Shown: positions 29,031 to 39,852, counted from the stretch's first letter. The stretch: DNA of 52,252 bases from Candidatus Aminicenantes bacterium UBA647 (GCA_002299555.1 DBOL01000001.1:39903-92154); one strand, 5' to 3'. Notes: generated by a model not told the origin, from the letters alone. Numbers and translations are program-made.

Positions 29031-30239
29031 ATGGGAAAATTTTTACAAAATTTTATTGATGAGACGATCTTTCTTTTTCTTGAGATCAGTCCTTACCTGA
29101 TCATCGGGTTCTTATTTGCAGGAATAGTTCATACTATTCTTGGTGAGTCCTATGTTAAGAAACATTTTTCAAAAAGTGGAATAGTTTCTACCGTTAAGGC
29201 AACAATTCTGGGAATACCCCTCCCCATCTGCTCCTGCGGTGTTATACCTATAGCTGAGGGGTTAAGAAAAGATGGTGCATCTAAGAGTTCTGTTATGTCA
29301 TTCCTCGTCTCCACACCTTCAAGTGGAGTTGATTCTATATTTGCGACTTATGCACTAATGGGCCCTGTTTTTGCTGTATTCAGGCCTATTGCATCTCTTA
29401 TTTCCGGAATTATTGTTGGTATAGCAACACATTTTAATGAAAAAGAGATCGATTCTTATAAAGAGACCGGAAAGGAAGTTAAGAAAAAGAAGAGTATCAG
29501 AGATGCTCTGGTTTATGGGTTCAAGGTCCTTCCCTCAGAGATAGCCCAATGGCTTCTTGCAGGAGTGGTGATCGGTGGATTGATATCTGCACTGATCCCT
29601 CACGACTTTGCTGCCACCTATCTTTCAACTCCTTTCCTGCACTACTTTGTTATCTTGCTTATATCTGTTCCACTCTATGTCTGTGCCACAGGATCTATTC
29701 CGATAGCAGCGTCTCTTCTGATGAAGGGAATATTGCCTGGAGCAGTTCTTGCTTTTCTTATTGCCGGCCCGGCAACAAATACTGTTACATTGTCATTTGT
29801 ATGGAAGAGACTGGGGAAAAAAATAGCAGTGATCTATCTGATATCAATTGTACTTACATCTATCATTCTTGGCATCATTTTTGATCTTCTTGTGGGGGAT
29901 TTTAATATTACACAGATATCATCCCACGATCATGCCGAAAGTGGACCGGGAGCAGTTATGCTGATCTCGGGAATAGTATTGATGTTACTTTTAATAAACA
30001 GCAGATATGATCTGTTAAGATTGATCAAAAAAAATGGAAATAAAAATATGGAAAAGATAAAAGTGTCAGATATAAGTTGCAATCATTGCAGGATGACCAT
30101 TATGAATACTTTACAACCGGTTCATGGGATCGGTAATCTGGAAGTTCTTATCGATGAAAAAGAAGTCAGGTATGATGGTAAAGCCGGATTGGAACTAGTG
30201 AAAGAGAAGATCAGAGAAGCAGGTTTTAAGCCTGAATAA
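29031..30239 (+). CDS. SO_0444/ArsP-like metal permease with C-terminal HMA domain
   Basis: PLPICSCGVIP, FLVSTP..GVDS, PLYVCATGS.P, AGPATN, HDH patch, C-terminal DISCNHC. Confidence 0.88.
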   Translation: MGKFLQNFIDETIFLFLEISPYLIIGFLFAGIVHTILGESYVKKHFSKSGIVSTVKATILGIPLPICSCGVIPIAEGLRKDGASKSSVMSFLVSTPSSGVDSIFATYALMGPVFAVFRPIASLISGIIVGIATHFNEKEIDSYKETGKEVKKKKSIRDALVYGFKVLPSEIAQWLLAGVVIGGLISALIPHDFAATYLSTPFLHYFVILLISVPLYVCATGSIPIAASLLMKGILPGAVLAFLIAGPATNTVTLSFVWKRLGKKIAVIYLISIVLTSIILGIIFDLLVGDFNITQISSHDHAESGPGAVMLISGIVLMLLLINSRYDLLRLIKKNGNKNMEKIKVSDISCNHCRMTIMNTLQPVHGIGNLEVLIDEKEVRYDGKAGLELVKEKIREAGFKPE

Positions 30240-30245
30240 AAATTT

Positions 30246-32126
30246 TTAATCTACAAAGTCTTTAGGTACTTTTAAGAAAGGGTTAGTGTCATCTTTCTTC
30301 TCTTTTTTCTGTTCAGGTTTCCCTTCTCCTTTCTGCTTTGCATCCGCCTGGATTATTACTTTGATATCTTCCTGGAACATCAGTGATTTTTTTTTTAGTT
30401 TTTGTAATTTTCCGGAATCATCGGTCTCAATATCGATCAGGATTTGCTTTCTTACGGAATCACATTCATCTCTTATATCTTTGCCAAGATCCCTATTCTT
30501 GCTGGAAACCTCAAGGTAATAAGCAACAAGTTTGATATCCTCTTTAAGTACTTTTATGTCAGCCATTTCCTCTTCGAAAGACTCTGCTTCTGAATATTTT
30601 TCCTTCAGATCTTCAATCTCAGTATTTTCCAGCAGGCCTGAATGGAGGACGCGGATCTCCTTACTGTTCTGAGTGGAAAGGTCAATAGCGGAAGCAAGGA
30701 GGATCCCATTAATATCAATGTTGAATGCTACTTCGACCCTTGGTTCCCCGGCGGGAGAAGGTTTTATCCCACTGAGAATAAATTTCCCGAGGAGTTTATT
30801 GTTTTCAGTCTTGTTGGATTCACCCTGGAAAACATCTATTTCTACTTCTGATTGATCATTTTCTGCTGTGGAGAAAACCATGCTTTTTGAGACGGGGATG
30901 GTTGTATTTGCCTTAATAAGTTTGGTGAAGACCCCTCCATGAGTTTTAACCCCCAGTGACATCGCTATTACATCGATAAGGAGAATATCTCTGCTTTCAC
31001 CTGTTGTGATAGCTCCTTGTATTGCGGCACCCATTGCGACTATTTCATCCGGATTTGCCTTTTTCCCCGGATCTTTCTTGAAAAATTCCTTTAATCTGCT
31101 TTGGATAAGGGGTATTCTGGTAGTCCCCCCCACAAGAAGAATATCATCAAGATCTTCAGGAGATATTCCTGCGGCCTTGATAGCCCGTTCACAAATATCT
31201 ATGGTCTCGTCCACCTTCTTTTCTATGAGTTTTTCAAACTCCTCCCTGGTGATATCTCTTTGGAAATTTATCGGACCCTCATCTGAATCAGCCAGAAACG
31301 GGAGGCTTATTTCGTATGACAATTCAGATGAAAGCGCTTTCTTAGCTTTTTCCGCTTCATCCCGAAGTCTCTGGATCGCCACTCTATCATCGCTGAGGTC
31401 AGCGCCGGTCGTATCTAATATTTCTTTGATAAATTCCTGGGTCAGTATTATATCGAAATCATCTCCACCTATATTTATATCACCTGCAGTTGAAAGGACC
31501 TTTATTACTTCATCCTGAATATCAAGTATGGAAACATCAATGGTACCTCCACCGAAATCATAAACGAGTATTTTTCTCTCTCCTTTGAGCTTTGTGGAGA
31601 ATGACAGGGAGGCGGCTGTGGGTTCATTTATTATTCTTTTTACTTTCAGTCCTGCTATCTCACCTGCATCCCTTGTGGACTGACGCTGAGAATCATTAAA
31701 ATATGCCGGAACTGTTAAAATTGCACCATCGATAGTATCTTTAATATGATTTTCTGCTGCTCTTTTGAGTTCCATCATTATCATTGCAGAAATTTCTTCA
31801 GCAGAATAGAGGACATCATCGATCTTTATTCTGAGCTTATCATCTTTATCCTCAATGATCTCGTAATTGAATTGATACAGGTAGGGTTTTACTTCAGAAT
31901 ATCTTTTCCCCATAAGCCTTTTAACAGAATGAACAGTATTAGTGTTCATTACCATCTGGCTCTTTGCCGGATTCCCGACGAGAATCTTATTGTCCTTTGT
32001 AAAAGCTACCAGAGATGGCATAATTCTCTCACCTTGAAAGCTGAGAGCTATTTCCGCACCATTTTCACCCATATAGGATACAACAGAATTAGTCGTCCCT
32101 AAGTCAATCCCAATGATCTTACCCAT
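30246..32126 (-). CDS. Hsp70/DnaK-family chaperone (divergent paralog)
   Basis: GIDLGTTNS, TVPAYFND, INEPTAA, DFGGGT, VGGTTRIP, linker DILLIDV; no adjacent grpE or dnaJ. Confidence 0.9.
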   Translation of the reverse strand: MGKIIGIDLGTTNSVVSYMGENGAEIALSFQGERIMPSLVAFTKDNKILVGNPAKSQMVMNTNTVHSVKRLMGKRYSEVKPYLYQFNYEIIEDKDDKLRIKIDDVLYSAEEISAMIMMELKRAAENHIKDTIDGAILTVPAYFNDSQRQSTRDAGEIAGLKVKRIINEPTAASLSFSTKLKGERKILVYDFGGGTIDVSILDIQDEVIKVLSTAGDINIGGDDFDIILTQEFIKEILDTTGADLSDDRVAIQRLRDEAEKAKKALSSELSYEISLPFLADSDEGPINFQRDITREEFEKLIEKKVDETIDICERAIKAAGISPEDLDDILLVGGTTRIPLIQSRLKEFFKKDPGKKANPDEIVAMGAAIQGAITTGESRDILLIDVIAMSLGVKTHGGVFTKLIKANTTIPVSKSMVFSTAENDQSEVEIDVFQGESNKTENNKLLGKFILSGIKPSPAGEPRVEVAFNIDINGILLASAIDLSTQNSKEIRVLHSGLLENTEIEDLKEKYSEAESFEEEMADIKVLKEDIKLVAYYLEVSSKNRDLGKDIRDECDSVRKQILIDIETDDSGKLQKLKKKSLMFQEDIKVIIQADAKQKGEGKPEQKKEKKDDTNPFLKVPKDFVD

Positions 32127-32269
32127 TTATTCCTCTCTCCGGTTTGTTTTTAACATAAGGCGAAATTAATGTCAAAGTTATTGGCATCCGGATATCCTCT
32201 ATATGACTGAATTATGGATTTTTATAAGATGCTATTTTATGATATAATAACTCGAAGGATGAGGTAGAG

Positions 32270-34174
32270 ATGAAAGATATGAAAAACTTAAAAAATATAA
32301 ACAAGAAAAGGCCGAAAGGTTTCATGTTCTGGATCTTTTCAGGAATAATTATGGTTCTCCTTTACGGAATGTTATCAGATGTTTCGAGAGGGCGGATACT
32401 AAAGATCGATTTTTCAGATTTTATGAATAGAGTGGAGAAAAAAGAAGTAATATCAGCTTTTATAAAATCAAATGAAGTAACAGGAAAACTTGATTCCCCT
32501 GACGGAGGAGGGATCATTGATTATGAAACGGCAAAACCGCTTGAATACCCTGAATTTATCAGTAAGCTCAGAGAGAGTGGGGTCAAGATCAAGGTAGAAA
32601 AAATTAATAAAGGGGAATGGATATCCTATATCCTGAGTTTTGCCCCATTTCTTATACTTATTGCATTCTGGGTAATCATGATGAAACAGCAGGGTGGCGG
32701 TAAGGCATTCTCGTTCGGGAAAAGTAAAGCAAAGATGTTCACGGGAGAGAAGAATAAGATAACATTTAAAGATGTAGCCGGTGTTGTTGAGGCTAAGGAT
32801 GAGCTCCAGGAAATAATTGAATTTCTGAAGGAACCGAAGAAGTTCCAGAGACTTGGCGGGAAGATTCCCAAAGGTGTTCTCCTTGTCGGTGCGCCCGGGA
32901 CAGGGAAAACGCTACTTGCAAAAGCAGTTGCAGGTGAGGCTAATGTCCCGTTCTTTTCAATTTCCGGTTCTGATTTTGTTGAACTTTTCGTAGGTGTAGG
33001 TGCTTCCAGGGTCAGGGATCTTTTTGAAGAGGGTAAGAAACACTCCCCATGTCTGATATTTATTGATGAGATAGATGCAGTTGGAAGGCAGAGAGGTGCA
33101 GGACTCGGTGGCGGACACGATGAAAGAGAGCAAACATTGAACCAGCTTCTGGTTGAGATGGATGGGTTTGATGCAAATGTAGGAGTAATTATAATTGCTG
33201 CTACAAACAGGCCGGATATTCTAGACAGTGCCCTTTTAAGACCTGGAAGATTTGATAGAAGAATATTGGTTTCTTCCCCTGATGTAAAAGGAAGGGAAGC
33301 AATATTTAAGGTACATACAAAAAAGACTCCTACTGCGAAGGATGTGGATATCAAAATCCTGGCAAGGTCTACACCAGGGTTTACCGGAGCGGATATTGCA
33401 AATATGGTAAACGAAGCTGCTCTTTATGCATCCAGGGTAGGAAAGAAAAAGATAGAGATGTCAGATTTTGAATATGCTAAAGATAAAGTTCTTATGGGAA
33501 GTGAGAGAAAAAGTATGATAATTTCCGAAAAGGAAAAAGAGATCACTGCCTATCATGAAGCCGGGCATGCATTAATGGCATCAGTAGAGAAAGAGGCAGA
33601 TCCACTTCATAAGGTTTCAATAATACCCAGGGGTATGGCACTTGGAGTCACTCAGCAGCTTCCGATTGATGACAAATATACATATTCCAAAGAATATCTT
33701 ATGGCTCAGCTCTCAGTTCTTATGGCGGGGAGAATAAGTGAGAAAATCTTCCTGAATATTATTACATCCGGGGCTGGTAACGACTTTGAGAGAGCATCTT
33801 CGATAGCAAGAAAGATGGTATGTGAATGGGGTATGTCAGGTCTCGGGCCTGTCAGTTTTTCAAATCAGACCGACATGATCTTTCTGGGACGGGATATGAT
33901 GTCACATGCTGAATATTCAGAGGATACCTCAAGAAAGATAGATTTAGAGATAAAGAAAATACTGGATGCAGCTTATAAAAACGCAGAGAAAACTCTCCTT
34001 GCAAACAAGGATAAACTTAAAAAAATAGCACTGCTTCTTCTTGAAAAAGAGGCACTTTCTGCAGATGAGATACATGAGATCATCGGTAACGGAAAGGGTA
34101 AAAAAAAGACGGTAAAAAAGACGGTAAAAAAAACTGTAAAAAAAACGGACAAGAAAAAAACTATTGATCAATGA
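32270..34174 (+). CDS. ftsH: ATP-dependent zinc metalloprotease FtsH
   Basis: Two TM helices, [38 protein letters not shown]. Confidence 0.98.
   Translation: MKDMKNLKNINKKRPKGFMFWIFSGIIMVLLYGMLSDVSRGRILKIDFSDFMNRVEKKEVISAFIKSNEVTGKLDSPDGGGIIDYETAKPLEYPEFISKLRESGVKIKVEKINKGEWISYILSFAPFLILIAFWVIMMKQQGGGKAFSFGKSKAKMFTGEKNKITFKDVAGVVEAKDELQEIIEFLKEPKKFQRLGGKIPKGVLLVGAPGTGKTLLAKAVAGEANVPFFSISGSDFVELFVGVGASRVRDLFEEGKKHSPCLIFIDEIDAVGRQRGAGLGGGHDEREQTLNQLLVEMDGFDANVGVIIIAATNRPDILDSALLRPGRFDRRILVSSPDVKGREAIFKVHTKKTPTAKDVDIKILARSTPGFTGADIANMVNEAALYASRVGKKKIEMSDFEYAKDKVLMGSERKSMIISEKEKEITAYHEAGHALMASVEKEADPLHKVSIIPRGMALGVTQQLPIDDKYTYSKEYLMAQLSVLMAGRISEKIFLNIITSGAGNDFERASSIARKMVCEWGMSGLGPVSFSNQTDMIFLGRDMMSHAEYSEDTSRKIDLEIKKILDAAYKNAEKTLLANKDKLKKIALLLLEKEALSADEIHEIIGNGKGKKKTVKKTVKKTVKKTDKKKTIDQ
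34103..34150 (+). repeat. 12-bp coding tandem repeat, (KKTV)x3 + KKTD, in the ftsH tail
   Basis: aaaaagacggta aaaaagacggta aaaaaaactgta aaaaaaacggac. Confidence 0.85.
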
Positions 34175-34929
34175 TTTTTGAGAATATCGCAAATGCATTT
34201 TCGAAATTCGGAATCAGTGATATTATTGACATAGTTTTCCTTTTCATCATCTTCTATTACATTCTCCTTCTTATAAAAGGTACAAAGTCTTACCAGATGG
34301 CGATAGGGCTGGCACTGATTGGTGTTTTTGCCATGATTGCAAGCTTGCTTAAACTCACAGCTTTCTCCTTTATTATAGATAACTTTCTGACATATCTGAT
34401 CATTGCGATCATAGTTCTTTTCCAGGATGAGTTGAGGAAGGTTCTTGCGGAGATAGGCAGCAGGATTAAGACCAAGTACAATCTTGATCAAAAGTCTGAG
34501 GTTTCGGATGTGATAGTGAATACTGCTGTTGCATTGTCTCTTTCCAAGATAGGAGCTCTGATTGCAATAGAGAGAGAGAACAAGATAAGTAATTATGTAA
34601 ATAAGCCGGTTCCGATCAATACAGAGGTCAACAAGGATATTCTGCTGACAATATTTACTCCGGGATCACCATTGCATGATGGTGCAGTTGTAATAAGCGG
34701 AGATAAGATCACAATGGCAAAGTGTTTTTTTCAACTCCCTCCTTTACTTGAACTTTCACCAAGCGGTACCAGACATCTGGCAGCAATGGGAATAACTCAA
34801 CAAACAGATTGTGTAGCAGTAATTGTCTCAGAGGAGACCGGGAAAATATCTATGGCAGTTAATGGAGAGTTGATAAGAGGGTTAGACAGAGAAGGGCTCA
34901 GAAGCAGACTTAAAACTTATAGACTGTAG
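34171..34929 (+). CDS. cdaA: Diadenylate cyclase CdaA
   Basis: Three TM helices, FQDELR, GALI, PLHDGA, GTRHLAA, VSEETG. Confidence 0.95.
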   Translation: MIFENIANAFSKFGISDIIDIVFLFIIFYYILLLIKGTKSYQMAIGLALIGVFAMIASLLKLTAFSFIIDNFLTYLIIAIIVLFQDELRKVLAEIGSRIKTKYNLDQKSEVSDVIVNTAVALSLSKIGALIAIERENKISNYVNKPVPINTEVNKDILLTIFTPGSPLHDGAVVISGDKITMAKCFFQLPPLLELSPSGTRHLAAMGITQQTDCVAVIVSEETGKISMAVNGELIRGLDREGLRSRLKTYRL

Positions 34930-34935
34930 GTAAAT

Positions 34936-35610
34936 ATGAATTTTAGAGATATTGTAATGAACAATAAGGGCCTTAAATTAACGGCTTTTCTCCTGGCAAT
35001 TTCAGTTTGGATACTTATCTCCGGAAGAGAGAGAACCTATCTTGAAAAGAATTTCATTATTAATATTGAACATTCTAATGTTTCAGAAATGATCGATGTA
35101 CAGAACAGACCTGATACCCTGAGGATCATGGTCAGGGGTACTGCAGAAGAGATAGGGAAAATAAGTGAAAAGGACTTTCATATAAGTGTTGATCTGAATG
35201 ATGTAAAAGAGAGTATGAAGTTGACAATGTTTACGGAAGATCATCTTACTTTTCCTGAAGATGTTGAAATAATTTCGATCAATCCGAAGATATTTGAAGT
35301 TATAGTCAGAGAGTTCTATTCAAAGGAGGTTCCGGTGCGGGTATTGTATACCGGGAGACTTCCGAGAGGTGTTGTACTTGTTGAAAGGAAGATAAATCCG
35401 GAAAAAGTGAAAATATTCGGATATAAGTCGGAGATAAAAAACATCAATACAGTTTACGGTAGTGATAAGATTAACCTTTCAGATATCACTGAAAACTCAG
35501 TCATTAAAATATCACTTGAAAAGAGAGAGGAAATTCTCAGATTTGAGGGATATGATAGTATTGAAGTGACTCTGAAAGTAAATAATATTAATGAAAAAAA
35601 GAAGCAATGA
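34936..35610 (+). CDS. cdaR: YbbR/CdaR family protein
   Basis: N..LK...LLAI..W anchor followed by YbbR-like repeats; lies between cdaA and glmM. Confidence 0.85.
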   Translation: MNFRDIVMNNKGLKLTAFLLAISVWILISGRERTYLEKNFIINIEHSNVSEMIDVQNRPDTLRIMVRGTAEEIGKISEKDFHISVDLNDVKESMKLTMFTEDHLTFPEDVEIISINPKIFEVIVREFYSKEVPVRVLYTGRLPRGVVLVERKINPEKVKIFGYKSEIKNINTVYGSDKINLSDITENSVIKISLEKREEILRFEGYDSIEVTLKVNNINEKKKQ

Positions 35611-36928
35611 GGCTTTGTTCGGTACTGACGGGATAAGGTCTGAATTCGGAAAGTTTCCACTTGATCCCAATTCTATAAAAAGGATCGGATCGTCCATAAC
35701 AGCATGCATGGGACCTGTCAGGATTTTGACAGGGATGGATACAAGGAAGTCGGGGCCGGAAATTGAAGGATTGATATGTGAAGGGATCGATAGCAGTGCA
35801 GAGATTTTCAGTACAGGTGTAGTTCCCACTCCCGCATTATCCTACAATGTTGCAACAGGTCCTTTCGATCTGGGAATAATGATAACAGCTTCACATAATG
35901 TCTGGTCAGATAACGGAATAAAATTGTTTGGTCCGGATGGAGAGAAGTTACCTGATGAAACTCAGAACAGGGTCGAAGAAATATTCTACTCAAGTGATTC
36001 TTTTGATATCCATGGCAGCAAAGATGATATCATTCCTTTTGACGGATTGGAGAATTATGTAAATTTCGTAGTATCCGAATTTTCAGGAATAAGGTCTGAT
36101 GTATCAGAAATTCTTCTCGATTGTGCTAACGGGGCTGTCTCGAAAGCGGCATCAGCTGTTTATTCGAAGCTCGGTATAAACCATACTCTTTTTAATATAA
36201 CACCGGATGGGAGGAACATTAATTCAGGTTGCGGTTCTATGGAACCCGGCTTTCTGAGGGGACACATTATTTCCGGCAAAGGTCAATTGGGGGTAGCATT
36301 TGATGGTGATGGGGACAGAGTGCTTATGATAGACGATTCCGGTAAAGATCTGGATGGAGATTTTATTCTTTATATAATCTCAAAATTTCTGAAGGAAAGT
36401 GACCCTGATTATCACCCTGCAATTGTGGGAACAACAATGTCGAATCTGGCACTTGAGAGACTGGTCGGGAGATCCGGGATCAGTTTTTTCAGAAGTGATG
36501 TTGGTGACAGGCATGTTTATGAAGAGATGAAAAAAAGATCTGCTGTACTCGGGGGAGAACAATCAGGACACATCATTTACAGTGCAATACAAAAAACGGG
36601 AGACGGTATAATTACATCACTCCTTTTTCTAAAGGCCCTCGCCTTCCTTGATCTTAATGTTTCAGAAGCTTCAGAACTTTACAAACCTTTTCCTCAAATT
36701 ATAAAAAGTATAAAAATAAGAGATAAACGTCCACTTGATAGTTGGGTCGACCTCAAAATAATGATAGAAAAGTTTAACAAGGAACATAGTGTTAATTCCC
36801 GTATCCTCATCCGATATTCCGGGACTGAAAAAAAGATAAGACTTATGATCGAATCAGAAGATGAGAATGTAATAAATAAAAACCTGGAGATCTTTGAGAA
36901 TTTTTTGATCTCTGAGATAGGAGAATAG
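35591..36928 (+). CDS. glmM: Phosphoglucosamine mutase
   Basis: LFGTDGIR, ITASHN, DGDGDR, GGEQSGH, RYSGTE. Confidence 0.93.
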   Translation: MKKRSNEALFGTDGIRSEFGKFPLDPNSIKRIGSSITACMGPVRILTGMDTRKSGPEIEGLICEGIDSSAEIFSTGVVPTPALSYNVATGPFDLGIMITASHNVWSDNGIKLFGPDGEKLPDETQNRVEEIFYSSDSFDIHGSKDDIIPFDGLENYVNFVVSEFSGIRSDVSEILLDCANGAVSKAASAVYSKLGINHTLFNITPDGRNINSGCGSMEPGFLRGHIISGKGQLGVAFDGDGDRVLMIDDSGKDLDGDFILYIISKFLKESDPDYHPAIVGTTMSNLALERLVGRSGISFFRSDVGDRHVYEEMKKRSAVLGGEQSGHIIYSAIQKTGDGIITSLLFLKALAFLDLNVSEASELYKPFPQIIKSIKIRDKRPLDSWVDLKIMIEKFNKEHSVNSRILIRYSGTEKKIRLMIESEDENVINKNLEIFENFLISEIGE

Positions 36929-36930
36929 AC

Positions 36931-37641
36931 ATGAGATTAGGAGTAAATATTGATCATATTGCAACTCTGAGGCAGGCCAGGATGACAGACGAGCCTGACC
37001 CGGTATATGCTGCCGTTCTGGCTGAACTGGCGGGAGCAGATGGGATTACGATCCATATGCGTCAGGATAGACGTCATATCCAGGAAAAAGATCTGGAACT
37101 CTTAAGAAAGATAGTTAAGACAAAACTTAATCTTGAGATGGCTGTTTCGATGGATATGGTGAAGATCGCTCTTAAGTATAAGCCGGACACATGTACGCTG
37201 GTGCCTGAAAGTGCTGAGGAAGTGACTACAACAGGCGGACTCGATATGCTTATGTTCGGTGATAAGGTTGAAGAGGTGGCAGGAAACCTGAAGGCTGCAG
37301 GGCTGGAAGTTTCGGTATTTATTGATCCTGATATAGATCAGATCAAAGTTTGTCACAGGATGGGTATCAAAATGATCGAATTGAATACCGGAGAATATGC
37401 AAAGAACTCGAAGACAAGCTTTGGTACGATCGAGATCGAAAAGATAAAGAAATCGGTTCAATATGCGAAAAAACTTAATTTTAGAATCTATGCAGGTCAT
37501 GGACTGACCTACCGGAATATAGCCCCGATAGCGTTAATCGAGGAGATTGAGGAGTTGAATATCGGTCACTCTATAATTGGCAATGCTGCTTTTATCGGCC
37601 TTGAAAATGCAGTAAAAAAAATGAAGGAACTAATTTCTTAG
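36931..37641 (+). CDS. pdxJ: Pyridoxine 5'-phosphate synthase
   Basis: LGVNIDHIATLRQAR, H.R.DRRHI, AGHGL, ELNIGHSI. Confidence 0.97.
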   Translation: MRLGVNIDHIATLRQARMTDEPDPVYAAVLAELAGADGITIHMRQDRRHIQEKDLELLRKIVKTKLNLEMAVSMDMVKIALKYKPDTCTLVPESAEEVTTTGGLDMLMFGDKVEEVAGNLKAAGLEVSVFIDPDIDQIKVCHRMGIKMIELNTGEYAKNSKTSFGTIEIEKIKKSVQYAKKLNFRIYAGHGLTYRNIAPIALIEEIEELNIGHSIIGNAAFIGLENAVKKMKELIS

Positions 37642-37654
37642 AAGGGGAAAGTTA

Positions 37655-39028
37655 ATGTACGATATCTTATTCTTAGGTGGTGGTCCGGCAGGTTACGAAG
37701 GTGCTATATCAGCCGGGAAGCGGGGATTGAAGACAGCAGTTGTGGAAAAAGCTCTGCCGGGTGGAACTTGTCTTCATTCAGGGTGTATTCCCACGAAAAG
37801 CCTTCTCAATTCTGTTAAGATCATTAAAGGGTTGAAGAGTGCCAAAAAGCTTGGAGTTAAAATAGAGGGATTTGAAGTTGATATTCAGGGAATGTTGAAA
37901 CAGAAAGAGAGGGTTGTCTCCAAGCTTACTAAAGGGATAAATTACCTGTTGGGTGAAAATAATGTTGATCTTTTAGAAGGGAACGGCAGGATAGTTGCCC
38001 CTGGTATTGTTGAAGTTGATAATGGAGAAACGTATAGGTCAAAGAATATAGTGATCGCAACCGGATCGTCTCCGGCTCAATTGCCCCATTTAAAATTTGA
38101 TAATGAGTTTATTGTAAGTTCTGATGAAGCATTGCTTATTAAAGATGTGCCTGAAAAACTCCTTGTAATAGGGGCGGGTGCGATCGGAGTTGAGATGGGA
38201 GTCATATATAGTTATCTCGGTTCCGATGTTACGATAGTTGAGATAATGGACCAGATCATTCCTGGAAGTGATAAAGAACTTTCTGACATACTCGCAGGAG
38301 AATTGAGAAAGAGCAGGATTAAAGTCCTTACGTCCACTTCTGTATCTGACCCTTCGATCGACAGGCAGAAGGGGAAGATATCATTCAAGGTAAAAGATGA
38401 GAAAGGGGAGACGGAACAGAGTTTCTCAAAAGTACTCCTTTCAGTTGGAAGAGTCCCGAACACATCCGGGGTATTCTCTCCTGAGATCAGGATCGAACTG
38501 GACAAAAAGGGATTTATTAAAACAGGTAAAAACCTTAAAACCGGAGTTGAGGGGATATATGCATGTGGAGATGTCATCGGACATCCGCTACTTGCCCACA
38601 AAGCTTCCCATCAGGCTATTGCAATTGTAGACCATATCCTTGATGGAAAAGAGATTCATGAGATGACAATTCCGGGAGCGGTTTTTACTTTCCCGGAGCT
38701 GGCTTCTGTCGGTTTTACCGAAGAAGATGCAATAAAAAAGGGGATCAAATACAAGGCAGGAAGATTTCCTTATTCTGCCGGATCAAGGTCAAATGCTGTC
38801 GATGAGAAGACAGGGATGGTAAAAGTGATCACAGGTATTGATAATGTCCTTCTGGGAGCTCATATTCTGGGAGCTGAAGCCGGAGAGCTTCTTCCTCTTC
38901 TTACTTATGCTGTTTCAAAGGGATTGAAAACAGATGAGTTCAGAGATCTTGTCTTTATTCATCCGACTCTGAGTGAAAATGTCTGGGAAGCGGTGGGTGA
39001 GGCCGGAGGATTCTCAATCCATATCTGA
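37655..39028 (+). CDS. lpdA: Dihydrolipoamide dehydrogenase
   Basis: GGGPAG, GGTCLHSGCIPTK, GAGAIG.E, LAHKA, HPTLSE. Confidence 0.95.
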   Translation: MYDILFLGGGPAGYEGAISAGKRGLKTAVVEKALPGGTCLHSGCIPTKSLLNSVKIIKGLKSAKKLGVKIEGFEVDIQGMLKQKERVVSKLTKGINYLLGENNVDLLEGNGRIVAPGIVEVDNGETYRSKNIVIATGSSPAQLPHLKFDNEFIVSSDEALLIKDVPEKLLVIGAGAIGVEMGVIYSYLGSDVTIVEIMDQIIPGSDKELSDILAGELRKSRIKVLTSTSVSDPSIDRQKGKISFKVKDEKGETEQSFSKVLLSVGRVPNTSGVFSPEIRIELDKKGFIKTGKNLKTGVEGIYACGDVIGHPLLAHKASHQAIAIVDHILDGKEIHEMTIPGAVFTFPELASVGFTEEDAIKKGIKYKAGRFPYSAGSRSNAVDEKTGMVKVITGIDNVLLGAHILGAEAGELLPLLTYAVSKGLKTDEFRDLVFIHPTLSENVWEAVGEAGGFSIHI

Positions 39029-39036
39029 TCGGATGA

Positions 39037-39852
39037 TCAAATAAGATTGAAGAGTTTCTCTCCTGTTTTGACATGTTTACCAACGATTCCTTTCAGGGGA
39101 ACGCCGAGGGTTTCCGGAGTTACCATAATTATTGTTGAACCGAGTTCAAACCGTCCCATTTCATCCATCTGTTCAGTAGTGAACGATATCTCCTTCCACC
39201 GGTTATCTCTTTTGTGTTTTTCGATGAATTCCATTTTAATACTTCCGACAAAAGTTGCTCCGACTGCTGCAATGTATACAGGAGAATCATTATATTCCAT
39301 GTCAAGAACTATCCTTTCATTCTTTACAAACAGCTTTTTAATGTTTTTTAAGCCGAGGTTGTTAACAGGATACAGATGCCCTCTCATATGGCAATATTTT
39401 TTTACTATCCCTCCGAGAGGGAAATGGTACCTGTGGTAGTCCATGGGAGATAGATAGATAGTAGTGATATACCATTTCTTATTAAGATCCAATTCCAGAT
39501 TAAGGAATTCTGTAAGGTCGTAATCGATTCCTTTTGCCTGGATCACTTTATTGGAATCTGCAAGCTCGATCGATGATATCACACCATCTGCAGGTGAGAG
39601 GAGTGCCTTGCTATCTCCTGTTAGCGGTCTCTTTTTCGGGTCAAGTTTCCGGATAAACACTTCAGCAAGGGAGTTATAGTCGCATACATCTCCTTCATAA
39701 TCATCCATGGATATCTTGTATGTATCAATGAATAAGTCAATTATGAATCTGACTATAAATTTTGGCCTTTGTAATCTTGTAATTCTACCGTATATCCTGC
39801 TGAAAACAGGAAAAGATAACACATACAGGATGCTCCTGATCAAAGAATTCAT
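39037..39852 (-). CDS. psd: Phosphatidylserine decarboxylase proenzyme
   Basis: F.RKL...RP, SPADG, YLSP.DYHR.H, NER, VGA..VGSI, cleavage motif LGST. Confidence 0.95.
   Translation of the reverse strand: MNSLIRSILYVLSFPVFSRIYGRITRLQRPKFIVRFIIDLFIDTYKISMDDYEGDVCDYNSLAEVFIRKLDPKKRPLTGDSKALLSPADGVISSIELADSNKVIQAKGIDYDLTEFLNLELDLNKKWYITTIYLSPMDYHRYHFPLGGIVKKYCHMRGHLYPVNNLGLKNIKKLFVKNERIVLDMEYNDSPVYIAAVGATFVGSIKMEFIEKHKRDNRWKEISFTTEQMDEMGRFELGSTIIMVTPETLGVPLKGIVGKHVKTGEKLFNLI

Noticed and set aside
29031-30239. Selenocysteine in the permease, thioredoxin or other redox motifs
   Set aside because: The motifs use ordinary Cys codons; no in-frame TGA with continuing homology was seen
32626-33354. 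242-aa antisense ORF inside ftsH, and similar ones at 43121-43879, 31006-31518, 21315-21863 and 51725-52249
   Set aside because: They lie opposite well-supported genes, lack motifs, and are typical antisense shadows
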